Shown here: positions 21,120-31,797 of the stretch, in pieces | Layout of the letters: each line of letters begins with the position of its first letter | Numbering within the stretch: position 1 is the first letter of the stretch | Source of the DNA: Stramenopiles sp. TOSAG23-2 | Taxonomy: Eukaryota | Direction of reading: 5' to 3' | Assembly: GCA_900128395.1 (NCBI GenBank) | Contig: LT649264.1 | Span: forward strand, 1-52,137 | Length of the DNA stretch: 52,137 nucleotides | Program-made: the position numbers and the translations under genes | Notes under the pieces: model-generated | The model's input: the letters and a program-made list of their open reading frames with translations, nothing else | Database searches by the model: none | Told to the model about the DNA's origin: nothing

Positions 21120-22322
21120 ATGGCATTTAGAAAAAAACATCAAAATAATAATAATAATAACAACAGCAACAATAGAAACGTTAGGTGGAAAAAAGTATTA
21201 TATAGAAAGCAACCATTTGCTGATAATCATGTAGATGAAACATTCTTAAGAGAATTAAAAACAAATGTCAATGTGGTTGAACGAAATTATTGGGCATTGG
21301 TGAAAAGTACTGCAAATATAACACAAGAAATATTAATTGTATTAATTTTTTGTTGTGTCTTTAAATTTACACATGATGTTGTTGGTGCTCCACCAACTGC
21401 TATTGTTGAAAGAAGTGGTATTATTGTTGCCCATACGGATGAAACACAAGCTGCACAATTATTAAAGTCTACGACAAAGTCCATATTAGACCACGCGGCG
21501 AAGGAAAGGTGGTTGTATATATTAATGATAATCAATATTTCAACTGTTATACTTGGTTATACGTTAGAATTAATTTTATGGCCTTCACACTTTACATTAC
21601 ATAATGTTGGCCAATCAATAAAAAATTGTGCCTTATTTATTGTTATTGTATTGGTTTTTTCCCCAGTATTACGTACATTAACGAAAACGTTTAGCGATGA
21701 TACTATATATGCATTGACAATATGGCTTTTTATTTTGCATTTATTATTTTATGATTATAGATTTGTGGAAGTACTTTGGTTTTATGGTACATTGTCATTG
21801 AATGCTGCAATATTTGCATCTGTTTTATTAGCATCACGTTTAACATCTAATAGTCATAGTTTTGCCATTGTTACATTTTCTATTGCTTTATTTGGCGTTT
21901 TTCCAATCTTCCGGCATGCTGTACGTATGTATTCACAAAATTTGCATTTACTTTTTACCATTGCATTGTTTTTCTTAGTATGGAGAATGTTAAATGAAAT
22001 TGCATATTTTTTAACAGTCATTTATGTAATAACCATTTTGATACTGAACATAGTTGCACCAGGTTTTTTTATTAATTTACAAAAATTAAAACGAGAAATT
22101 ACAGGACCATGGGATATTGCAAAAGTTGAACCTCAAAATGAAGAGGAAATGAATACAATTATGAATAATATAATGCGTCAACAACAAAATCAATATAATA
22201 ATCAATTAAATCCAATGGCAGGTAATGTGAATAATGGATTAATACGATCAAATATTAAAAATTTAGGACATCGAAGAAGTTTATCGATGCAAAGTTTATC
22301 GGAATTAGCAAAACGTCGATGA
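21120..22322 (+). CDS. PIGC: GPI-GlcNAc transferase subunit PIG-C/GPI2
   Basis: WKKVLYRKQPFADNHVD, FSPVLRTLTKTFSDDTI, SLNAAIFASVLLASRL, KREITGPWD. Confidence 0.95.
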   Translation: MAFRKKHQNNNNNNNSNNRNVRWKKVLYRKQPFADNHVDETFLRELKTNVNVVERNYWALVKSTANITQEILIVLIFCCVFKFTHDVVGAPPTAIVERSGIIVAHTDETQAAQLLKSTTKSILDHAAKERWLYILMIINISTVILGYTLELILWPSHFTLHNVGQSIKNCALFIVIVLVFSPVLRTLTKTFSDDTIYALTIWLFILHLLFYDYRFVEVLWFYGTLSLNAAIFASVLLASRLTSNSHSFAIVTFSIALFGVFPIFRHAVRMYSQNLHLLFTIALFFLVWRMLNEIAYFLTVIYVITILILNIVAPGFFINLQKLKREITGPWDIAKVEPQNEEEMNTIMNNIMRQQQNQYNNQLNPMAGNVNNGLIRSNIKNLGHRRSLSMQSLSELAKRR

Positions 22323-22720
22323 AAGGGGGTGTAGTGTTTATTAAAAATATATATATAAATTAATGCAATGAACTCTATCGCAATGTTATCATACGATTCA
22401 TTGTCCATCTTTCAGTTTAGTGAGATAGATATTATTGTCTCAGTTATTGTATTCTTTCTGGAGAGTAGGAATTGTCATGAGTAAATTAAAAAATAATTGT
22501 TATGCATTAATTAAAAATTATAAAATATGCATTATAAAAAAATTAACGGTTCATACGAGTATTTTTATGACAATTTTTAATAAAAAATATTTCATATTAT
22601 TTTATTACACAGCAGCATATATTTTTAATATTTTTTTACTTTGGAGAGGTAATCATTTTTTCTCTTCTCGCACACACATTACAAAGCACTAATATTAAAA
22701 ACATATAACACACTCTTTCT

Positions 22721-24169
22721 CTACCTTCTTCTTGGTTTTGGTGGTGGTTTACGTGGATCAACTTTACCATCTCTTTCCACTATACATCCTAAAAATGAAA
22801 ATGGTGTAACACTATTCATTTGATGTGCCATACCTACAGCTGCACTTGTACGAGACATTCTACCACTTGATGATCGATGTCGTGATGACTCTTTTCCTTT
22901 CTTCTCATCATATGGTCTACCAGGTATACTTGGTTCACATGGTCCATTTTGCCATATTAAATCAAAACCACCAACACGTTTTTCATCACCAGTACGATTA
23001 CCTTCAACATCAATGATATCAACCATATCATCTAACATTCCAAATTTCAATGCATAATCATCTTCATTACTGGCAGTCAATGCTGGAGATGCATTTACTT
23101 CAATTAACCATGTATTTAATTCACTATCAAGCATCAAATCATAACCATACAATTCAAAACAATGTTTATCTTGTATCATTGTTTTTTGTACAGCTAATAA
23201 TGTACGAACCATAGTCATTTGCATTTCATAAAATGCTCTTTCAACTTTCGCACGCCCATGCCTTGTCATTAAATGTAATTTTAAATTTCTTAAACTCCAT
23301 TTTAAATCATTGCCTTTTTCATATTCATCTGCCGTTTTTTGAATTGCATGATTTGTTAAATGCATATATAAATTATTCATATCCTTCACGTCTTTATTAA
23401 ATTGTTGTGTGGAAAATCTACAAAATCCACCACGATGCATCCAGATAGTTAATGGGGAAAAGGAAGTAACTAGTACATACAAACGCATGTCAAATTTTTT
23501 CCCACCAACTAAATATGGACTTTCTATATAACGTTGTGCAACATATGCTTCAGCTTGTGGCCCATCAGCTTTCCATTTATGATCTTTTTTCCACTCACTA
23601 ATTTGATTTAATTTATTGAATAAAAAAATACCTTTACCTTGTGCACGTCCAATTGGTTTCATAATCCAAGTACTACCTGGTGTACGTTTAAATTCTTCTA
23701 AAAACAAACCATATTCAGCTGGCAATACAAATGTCGCAGGGAAAAAATTATATTTCGCCGCTTCAGCATGTGTATCCGTCCTTTCCAACTGCCTTTTCAT
23801 ACGTTTTAAATTTTTAACCATTAAATCTTTTCGTGTAAGTTCATAATGGTTACGAAAGTGATTAATACGTTGATGGTCGTCCATATGAACATGATCAAAA
23901 TAATCTCTAATCCAACCAACATCCGCCCAATTTATATCCCAATCCGTATCACTATCTGTTTCTTCCCACCCGGGTCTTGAGCGAAATACATCAAATATAG
24001 TATTATGTAAAGATGTACGAAAGATAACAACTGGTTGTGAATATTTTTTATTACCACGTGAGTTTGAATTTTCCTCTTCACTATCATCTTCCTCACTGGA
24101 AGTATCATCCGTACGATTGGAAGTTTGAGAAGATGTACGTCCTCTATTTTTTCCTCCACGTCTAGACAT
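22721..24169 (-). CDS. TTLL9: Tubulin polyglutamylase, TTLL9-like
   Basis: INHFRNHYELTRKDLMVKNLKR, WIMKPIGRAQGKGIF, KFDMRLYVLV, HLTNHAIQK, CFELYGYD, WLIEVNASP. TTLL9 versus TTLL1 rests on motif memory. Confidence 0.88.
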   Translation of the reverse strand: MSRRGGKNRGRTSSQTSNRTDDTSSEEDDSEEENSNSRGNKKYSQPVVIFRTSLHNTIFDVFRSRPGWEETDSDTDWDINWADVGWIRDYFDHVHMDDHQRINHFRNHYELTRKDLMVKNLKRMKRQLERTDTHAEAAKYNFFPATFVLPAEYGLFLEEFKRTPGSTWIMKPIGRAQGKGIFLFNKLNQISEWKKDHKWKADGPQAEAYVAQRYIESPYLVGGKKFDMRLYVLVTSFSPLTIWMHRGGFCRFSTQQFNKDVKDMNNLYMHLTNHAIQKTADEYEKGNDLKWSLRNLKLHLMTRHGRAKVERAFYEMQMTMVRTLLAVQKTMIQDKHCFELYGYDLMLDSELNTWLIEVNASPALTASNEDDYALKFGMLDDMVDIIDVEGNRTGDEKRVGGFDLIWQNGPCEPSIPGRPYDEKKGKESSRHRSSSGRMSRTSAAVGMAHQMNSVTPFSFLGCIVERDGKVDPRKPPPKPRRR

Positions 24170-24400
24170 TGTCGTATGTTTTTTTGATATTATATAATAT
24201 ATTGTATTACAAATTGTTATATATATCTATATCCTGATATATTTACTCTTGTGCAAATATATATATATATATATATATGTTTTATTTTCACTTACTGTAT
24301 TTGTAATTCGATGATGATTTTCCCCATAGTAAGTAGTGTTGTTATTAAAAGAGGTTTTTGAAAAATAACTGGCGATTTTTTAAACAGCTGGAGAGGACCA

Positions 24401-25369
24401 TATATGGACACAGCAAAGCGGAATAGCATATACACAGCAGCATTGTAGTTGATGGTTTATTAATAGCTAATAAAAGTCAAAAAATACATGGATATATACA
24501 GGAGTATCATAATATATATCACTGTTGTGAAGCGATATATATTATTATTATTGTGAAGCGATACATATATTATATCAATGTTAATAAATATATCCCTCTC
24601 TCTCTTTCCCCCCGTTATTCTTTCTTTATGTTTTAACAACTTCGCGGACACGATTCCAAATGGTATAGGATGATCCTCAATCGTTACATACATCGAATTT
24701 ATTGAAGCTGGTAATCCTAATATTGTTAGCTTGCATTGCCTTGACATGAGTATTTGCTTTTACACATGCTGCACATATTTCATTCCATTTTGCCATTACT
24801 GACTTTACTGCTTTTACATCATCTCTTTCCTGCACTTCTTTTGCAAACTTTTTCTTCTCATGCTCTTTCATTGCTTCTTTTTTATATATAGAGGGTGAAT
24901 ATCTGATTGGTAGATGCTGTGAAGAAATAATCGAAAACGGTATTAAAATCATTTACTGAATATAAACCGGCCATGATGTGCCTAAAGCATACAGTGGAAC
25001 AATGGATTTAAGCAACTTTAAAGGTATTTAACAGCTGGTGTAGCACTAAGTTTTTCTTCCACAACGCCTAGAGCAATGAATTTTTGCAATTTTTTGTGAG
25101 TAAAAGATTCAAGCGAGTTTTCATAATTATTGCTGAACACTCAGTCGTGATAAAGTATTAATGGAGGACAGCGTTTTCTTCACCATGCACAAGTGAATGA
25201 GTGAGAAAGTGTATATTTTTATGATGCATCAATGCTTCAAGGGTTGTTTATGCATGTCATCTGGCATGTGTACATACTTTACTATGTGCTATCCTGTGAT
25301 ACTAATGTTTGGTGTCCTGATTAGGTTATTAATGCTTTCATGCTAATAGGCTAGTGCTGTGTCCATATA
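24401..25369. mobile_element. Candidate non-autonomous/decayed TIR DNA transposon
   Basis: TATATGGACACAGCA (24401-24415) is the exact reverse complement of TGCTGTGTCCATATA (25355-25369); decayed minus-strand coding sequence lies between. Confidence 0.5.
24677..25124 (-). pseudogene. Frameshifted/stop-interrupted coding remnant
   Basis: Protein-like pieces in different frames: ENSLESFTHKKLQKFIALGVVEEKLSATPAVKYL*, HCSTVCFRHIMAGLYSVNDFNTVFDYFF, KKEAMKEHEKKKFAKEVQERDDVKAVKSVMAKWNEIC. Confidence 0.45.
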
Positions 25370-25617
25370 AAATGCCTACACTATTTTCAAACCTGCAGCG
25401 GTCTAGACGAGACACGGAAACGCGGAAGACCACCTGGAAAAAAACACACCTTTTACGTTACAAAGTTAAAGTTATAATAATACTGTACAAACAAAATATA
25501 TAATATTCAAACAAAATTAAAACAAAATCAAAGAAATAAAACACACCTACATACGTACATACATAATTGAAACCTGTATATAATAATAAATACAAAGAAA
25601 GGAAGGTAGTAACAACC

Positions 25618-26376
25618 ATGGAAAATGAAAAATCATCATTTGGCAAAGCAACTAGTGAAAATATTCAACAAACAAAAAATAACATTCAAGAAACGTTAGA
25701 AAAATCAAAACAGTTAAGTTCAAATTTAAACGACTTATCTTCACGTTTTGAAGCTATGAATTCAACAATGAATGATTTAAATCAAATGTTTTTAAATACT
25801 GTATTGCCTCAATATGATAATCTTAAATATCAACTTGGTGATGCTAATAGTAAATTATTAGAAAATGCTGTTGATTTGTCTTTAAATAAATATACCAATA
25901 ATGTTAGAGCTTATAATAATAATAATAACAATAATAATATTGCATCAGGCCATGATTTAACATGGGCAGTGAATTTCTTACAAAAAAGTGAAGAGGAAGA
26001 ATTAAGGAAAGGTATTGAAGCTTCATTGATGGATGCTAGTAATGTAAATAATGTAAACCATCATATAGAGGATGATAATCACAATAATAACAACGAAAAA
26101 ATGTCATCGCAATCAAAACTTTATGAGTTTGAAGAAGATGCTTTAACAGACGAAGGTGCACTTGCATTTGCTGCTGCATTAGAACTATCAAAAACTGAAA
26201 TGAATACTAACAACAATAATGTAGATACCATTCTTCATTCAATGGGTAATGAGGAAAATGATCGCTTAATGAAATTGGCATTGGAAATGTCAATGAAAGA
26301 AGATGAAATGAATTTAGAAAATAATAATAATGAAAAGGAGGAACGATACGAAGGTGTCATAGAGTCAAAGTGTTGA
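25618..26376 (+). CDS. Coiled-coil protein with three ubiquitin-interacting motifs (UIM)
   Basis: SEEEELRKGIEASLMD, DEGALAFAAALELSKTE, EENDRLMKLALEMSMKE; first ATG at 25618. Confidence 0.75.
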   Translation: MENEKSSFGKATSENIQQTKNNIQETLEKSKQLSSNLNDLSSRFEAMNSTMNDLNQMFLNTVLPQYDNLKYQLGDANSKLLENAVDLSLNKYTNNVRAYNNNNNNNNIASGHDLTWAVNFLQKSEEEELRKGIEASLMDASNVNNVNHHIEDDNHNNNNEKMSSQSKLYEFEEDALTDEGALAFAAALELSKTEMNTNNNNVDTILHSMGNEENDRLMKLALEMSMKEDEMNLENNNNEKEERYEGVIESKC

Positions 26377-26446
26377 AAATATATAAATTAATCAGTAAAT
26401 ATAACCTTAATCTTACCATATACTATAGAAATAGCACTAGAGCTAG

Positions 26447-26674
26447 CTACACCTGATCAAATCAAAGCTCAAAGCAGTTATTCTTAAAACACTAAAAATA
26501 AATAATAGCCCAAAATATGATGCAGAGAAAACAGATAAACGAGAGAAATTTGAAAAGATTTTAATAGAAACAGAACGTTTGTGTGGGAAACCAGTTATGT
26601 TATCTCCTCGAAGTACAGGAACAGATGGAAAAGGTGGTGTTAATAAATATCGTAGAAGAAAGAAGAAGAGGTAA
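26447..26674 (+). pseudogene. Orphan 75-codon coding fragment lacking an N-terminal ATG
   Basis: Stop-to-stop frame LHLIKSKLKAVILKTLKINNSPKYDAEKTDKREKFEKILIETERLCGKPVMLSPRSTGTDGKGGVNKYRRRKKKR*, absent from the supplied ORF track. Confidence 0.4.
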
Positions 26675-27027
26675 CATTAAATTGTTTTGTGTACAAATTA
26701 TACATGTGTGTGTGTGTTTTTTTTTAAAATTTCCATCCCCTTATTCTAGACTTTATAGATTTTCAACTTTCAACCCGTAGAAATTCGTACTGTTTTGTAT
26801 ACTAAATCCTATATCAAGGGGAGAAAGAAGGGATTACATAACAAAAATAATAATTTAAATTAAAATGGTGCAAATGTGCAAATCTCCATAGTAGCAGTAC
26901 CTATAATACCTGGAATTATTATTATATAATGGATGATAAATTACGAATTTTTTACAAGAATAGCTATATTGAATATGTTGTTTATGGTGGAAGAAGAAAG
27001 AGAGACCTTATGTAACGATAGACAAAG

Positions 27028-28641
27028 ATGAATATCATCCAAAGTAACATAACATTATCGTCGTCTGACGATGATGACGACTCGGAAGATGATATGATGA
27101 AGGAAATGTTTGGCGTTTCCAAGATAACAAATATGACCATAAATGATGATGAAGAAGAATCTGAGGAGGAGGAGGACAATAATAAGAATAATTATTATTC
27201 GTCACTACCAGAAAATAAAATTGTAAATAATAATACTACTGAAAAAAAGAAACCTGTGATAAGCACTTCGACTCCAATAAGTTTAAAAACTATAGATCCA
27301 ATTTATCCATCCAATAACGTTGAAGTTGTTGCAAAGATAAAGGATGTAGATATAACAAATTTGTTAAATAAAAAGGATAATGAAGAAAATAAAATTGTAA
27401 ATAATAATAATAATAATGAAAAAAAGAAACCAGTGATAAACACTTCGACTCCAATAAATTTGAAAGTTATAGATACAATATATCCAGCAGATAGTGTTGA
27501 ATTTTGCCATGTAAATAAATATTACAACTTATGTGCTGTATCAACATACAAATATGATGAAGGCACCAAAAAACGCTGTGGTAATGTGCAATTTTATTCT
27601 GTAAATAAAAATATCGATATAACATTTTTACAGAAGATTGAATTTTCAGGTGGTGTATTAGATTCAAAATGGGGTAGTATGTTGTATTATGTTAAAGATG
27701 ATAATAATAGGAAAGTCAACAATGGCACGCCAATATTAGCAGTAGGTACATCGTTGGGTTATGTATCGTTATTAAAACCTCCTGCTACAGAAATAAAAGC
27801 AACTAATAATATTGAGAAAAATGAAATGTTTATAGAAATAAATCGGTTTCAAGCTGTGACACCTGGTGAAATTGTTTTATCTCTTGATTGGGGTCTAGTA
27901 GACGATGATGGACAAACATTTAGAAATCAATTATTAACAACGCATTCTGATAGTACAGTTGCCATATGGGATTGTACTTATTATAATGATTATGCTAATA
28001 AATCAATGTTAAACAATAAACCTGCAAATGAAAGAAACCCCATATTAAAATGGAGAGCTCATGATTTATACGGTAGCAACACGGAAGTTTGGATTGGTAT
28101 GTTCGATCGATGGCATAACAATCAAGTTATATACACCGGTGCTGATGATGGAAAATTAAAAGGTTGGGATTTAAGAGCAAATGCAAAACCATTGTTTTCA
28201 ATACAACCAACAAATAATGCAGCAGGTGTATGCAGTGGACAAAGTTCAAAGTATCACGAATACATATTAGCAACAGGTGGATATGATGGTATCGTAAGGA
28301 TTTGGGATACTAGAATGGTTTGCAACAAGGGAGTTGGCATCCAACCTTTAACCGAATACAATGTTGGTGGTGGTGTATGGCGTATTAAATGGAATCCAAA
28401 TAGTAAATGTAAAAATCAATTAGTTGCTGCATCAATGCGAGGTGGTGTACATGTGCTTGAATATGATAGAAATGATGAAACTAATCAATTAAAAAATGTC
28501 TTGCATTATACAGAACATCCAGCGGAAGCACTTGCATATGGTGCTGATTGGAATTATAATGGTGCATGGGGTAGCGAGGAGAAACATTTATTAGGCACTT
28601 GTAGTTTTTATAATCATGAATTAAGATATTTTTTAGTTTAG
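27028..28641 (+). CDS. DPH7: Diphthine methylesterase DPH7 (WDR85/RRT2), WD40 protein
   Basis: YPADSVEFC, STYKY, GVLDSKW, LSLDW, WRAH...EVW, YTGADDG.LKGWDLR, LATGGYD, VGGGVWRIKW, LAYGADW, TCSFYNH. Confidence 0.9.
   Translation: MNIIQSNITLSSSDDDDDSEDDMMKEMFGVSKITNMTINDDEEESEEEEDNNKNNYYSSLPENKIVNNNTTEKKKPVISTSTPISLKTIDPIYPSNNVEVVAKIKDVDITNLLNKKDNEENKIVNNNNNNEKKKPVINTSTPINLKVIDTIYPADSVEFCHVNKYYNLCAVSTYKYDEGTKKRCGNVQFYSVNKNIDITFLQKIEFSGGVLDSKWGSMLYYVKDDNNRKVNNGTPILAVGTSLGYVSLLKPPATEIKATNNIEKNEMFIEINRFQAVTPGEIVLSLDWGLVDDDGQTFRNQLLTTHSDSTVAIWDCTYYNDYANKSMLNNKPANERNPILKWRAHDLYGSNTEVWIGMFDRWHNNQVIYTGADDGKLKGWDLRANAKPLFSIQPTNNAAGVCSGQSSKYHEYILATGGYDGIVRIWDTRMVCNKGVGIQPLTEYNVGGGVWRIKWNPNSKCKNQLVAASMRGGVHVLEYDRNDETNQLKNVLHYTEHPAEALAYGADWNYNGAWGSEEKHLLGTCSFYNHELRYFLV
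27211..27486 (+). repeat. Intragenic direct duplication (~100 bp) in the DPH7 5' region
   Basis: 27211-27309 and 27385-27486 encode ENKIVNNN..EKKKPVI.TSTPI.LK.ID.IYP twice. Confidence 0.9.
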
Positions 28642-28715
28642 ATATTAAAATTTAAAATGGTTATTAAATTAAATGATAAATGTCTATTTTTTTATAAAAA
28701 AAAATTTAATTTTCG

Positions 28716-28733
28716 TATACGAGTACTCGTATA
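28716..28733. promoter_or_regulatory. 18-bp palindrome TATACGAGTACTCGTATA (double TACGAGTA motif) in a convergent intergenic region
   Basis: Perfect palindrome between the DPH7 and SDR stop codons; function inferred only. Confidence 0.5.
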
Positions 28734-28806
28734 TATTAAATTCATTAATGATTCGTATAAAATAAAAGACTTTAATGTATAACGCAGACACTCTCTCTTT
28801 CTTTTT

Positions 28807-29604
28807 TTAAGAAGATGATTCACACATTTTCCATAATTTATCGACACCATTTGCATCTTGACAGAAATTACATTCTTCTAACGATGAATCACTATAAAAC
28901 AAACCACTTTTCGTGATCTTTGGTGACAATGCGCAATACAAAGGTGTAACAGCTCCTTGCATTTGTGCTTTTTTTGAACGATCTAAATCAAATCCTAACC
29001 CAAGTGATACGGCCGATGTAGCAACATGTGGATGGCAAGATGAAAATAAAACATCATCACATTGTTTAGACCATGCAAATGCAAGCATTCTATCTGCTTG
29101 TTTTGAGGCCTGATATGCAGAATCGGAACTATAAGATCGTTTTTTGAATTCAGGATCATTTAGATTTAAGCCGCCAGCATAAAATGATGCGACAAATACA
29201 ACACGTGATTTATTATTAGTTTGTTGAGAAGAAGACAATTTTAAATTTGGTAAAAATGCTTTCGTCAATCTATGATATGCTAAAACATTTACACACCACT
29301 GCAATTCTTCACCCGTTTCTTCAGATGTTGCTTTTTTTTTTGGTGTAATTGCCGCATTGTTTATAAGACATTGTACTGCTTTGCCTTCAAATTGCTTCGC
29401 TAAGGCAGTAATTGAAGATGGTTTGGATAAATCACATAATAAATATTTAGCATCAACACCATTTAAAAATTTCAATAATTGCTTTCCTTTTTCTTCATTT
29501 CTTACAATGCAATATAATTGATGAGTTTTCATAATACCTTGACATATATATTGCCCAAAGACACCATTTGCGCCGGTAACAATAGCAATTGGTTTAGTTG
29601 ACAT
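28807..29604 (-). CDS. Short-chain dehydrogenase/reductase (RDH12/WWOX-like)
   Basis: IVTGANGVFG, CDLS, LINNAA, RVVFVAS, catalytic YQASK. Confidence 0.9.
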   Translation of the reverse strand: MSTKPIAIVTGANGVFGQYICQGIMKTHQLYCIVRNEEKGKQLLKFLNGVDAKYLLCDLSKPSSITALAKQFEGKAVQCLINNAAITPKKKATSEETGEELQWCVNVLAYHRLTKAFLPNLKLSSSQQTNNKSRVVFVASFYAGGLNLNDPEFKKRSYSSDSAYQASKQADRMLAFAWSKQCDDVLFSSCHPHVATSAVSLGLGFDLDRSKKAQMQGAVTPLYCALSPKITKSGLFYSDSSLEECNFCQDANGVDKLWKMCESSS

Positions 29605-29973
29605 GTTGTATTTATATGGTTGTTTTTATATATTATATACCGAAGTATATATATATATATATAAATTATGTACTATCAGTGTATATATATATAATATAGG
29701 TGTGTAAATAAATCAATGTTGGTATAAATTATTAACCACATAATATCATATATTAAGTTATTAATAATAAAAGTATATTATAGTAGTTCATCATTATCAT
29801 ACTACAGTATGTATAAAAAAAAGATACAATAATATGGCACAACAACAATAAAACACAAACAATTTTTAAAAACACTTTATTTTATAATAGACAACTCCTC
29901 GTAAATACTCAAATTATAACGCACATATTTTATCAACCATCTATTAGAGTATATATTATTATATACAATCGTA

Positions 29974-31098
29974 CTAATATGGTATATCGCCAACAGAACC
30001 AAATACACAAGTTGGTTCATCACCTGGGAAAAAAGGTTCATCTGCTATTGTATTACATCCAGAAAGCATTAAAAAAGTATTCACGCCAAAGCTTTTGCCA
30101 CCTTTGATATCTGTTGCTAATACATCTCCTACCATTGCAATGTTTTCTTTACCACCTTTAAAGCCTTGTAAACGTAATAATTGTAAACCTTTGCTATACA
30201 TATATTCACTACCTAAATTTCCACCTTTACCTGTACAAAATGAATTATTGATACCTGTTGGAAACATTGCGGATTTAATTAATGTTACAAATGGACCAGG
30301 GCCTGGTGTATCTAAAATTAATCCATTCTTACGTAATGGCCATGGTGCTGCATCAGGAGCTTGATTCAAAAACATAGCATTATTTTCCAATAATTGTTGT
30401 GCATTAGAAAATATGCGATACGACCAATCATTATAACCTGGTTTATTAGTAACTGGATCTTCTTCATCACTGATTTGACCGTCATTACTAAATACGACAA
30501 AGGTTGGGAAATTATTGATTTTACTATCATATGCCCATTGATAAATTTCACTTTCATTTAAATCTGTTCTCCATTCATATGAATCTAATAAATCTTTTGG
30601 TATCAATCGATGGATGATTCTAACAAAACTATCTGTGGTGTTTCCATATTTAGAAATTGCCTGAACAATGTATATACGGGATCCCTTTGGAGCTTTATCT
30701 TGTAATAACATTGCCAATGCATTTGCAGATGTATATGCCTGCGTTATCTTTATTGGTTTGTCTTGTAATTTGTATGGTGGAGTCATGAACTTTGCCTGGA
30801 CACCGGAAGCACCTTTGGCACCACTATTGGATAAAAACACAAAAGGTATATCTTTCTCTTCCATCCATTGAACAAATTTTTTTGCACCTGGTATCAATGA
30901 ATTAGGAACATACATTGTTCCATCTAAATCTACAAAAAATGCTGTAATATTTTTTAACACAGGACACCCTTGATTTGATAATTGTTTTACAGTTGTCCTA
31001 CTTGAAGCTTGATATAAAGATACGGAAAATGTAATAGTAATAATAATAATAGAAAATAAACCATTTATTATTGAAATGGATGTTGTTGGATACCTCAT
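29974..31098 (-). CDS. HAD subfamily IIA (NagD/PGP-like) phosphatase with N-terminal hydrophobic signal/anchor
   Basis: FFVDLDGT, FVFLSNSG, TGK, MVGDVLATDIKGG. Confidence 0.88.
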   Translation of the reverse strand: MRYPTTSISIINGLFSIIIITITFSVSLYQASSRTTVKQLSNQGCPVLKNITAFFVDLDGTMYVPNSLIPGAKKFVQWMEEKDIPFVFLSNSGAKGASGVQAKFMTPPYKLQDKPIKITQAYTSANALAMLLQDKAPKGSRIYIVQAISKYGNTTDSFVRIIHRLIPKDLLDSYEWRTDLNESEIYQWAYDSKINNFPTFVVFSNDGQISDEEDPVTNKPGYNDWSYRIFSNAQQLLENNAMFLNQAPDAAPWPLRKNGLILDTPGPGPFVTLIKSAMFPTGINNSFCTGKGGNLGSEYMYSKGLQLLRLQGFKGGKENIAMVGDVLATDIKGGKSFGVNTFLMLSGCNTIADEPFFPGDEPTCVFGSVGDIPY

Positions 31099-31797
31099 CT
31101 TCTATACTTTTTTCTATATTGTTCAACTTATTTGACTAGAACCACTTTATAGATACTTTTAATTATTGATTGGGATGAGCAATATCGTGTATTCATATAT
31201 ATAATATTTAATATACTAGTATGATGAATATGAAAATATTGTGATGGATAATATATATAGAGAATCGGTATTGTTGCTATTATTAATTTTACAATATCTT
31301 TTTTTGTTTGAATATATAGGCACATACATAGTTGAAAAACAGCGAGATTAATTCAATTAAGGAGGAGGTTAAGGTTGCCAGAAAAAATAAGTACTGTACT
31401 GTACGAGGCGCTTGCAGATTGCAGGCGTAGACGGCATTTTTTTTTTTTTTTTAAGGGAAGAAGGTTTTGCACCATGCTTTTCAATCCGCTTTAGCATTGC
31501 TGGGATTGCTTTATTAATAGCTTTTGGCACACGGCGCGTTTTGTTCGATGACGATGCGTTCTGGCTTTCTCAATAGCAGGTGATTAGAATTAACTGGTCT
31601 ACCACAAAAAATAATACTTGTGCCTTTTGTCCAACACACTAACACGACGCTATATATTACACCCTGTATTTATTATTACATAAAAACACTATACCACAAA
31701 TAATACACCATATATACTAATACGAATAGATAACAGCAAGGAAAGGAACAGAAAATGAGAGAAGCAGACGAAAGAAAGATATTGATAATATCCAAAT

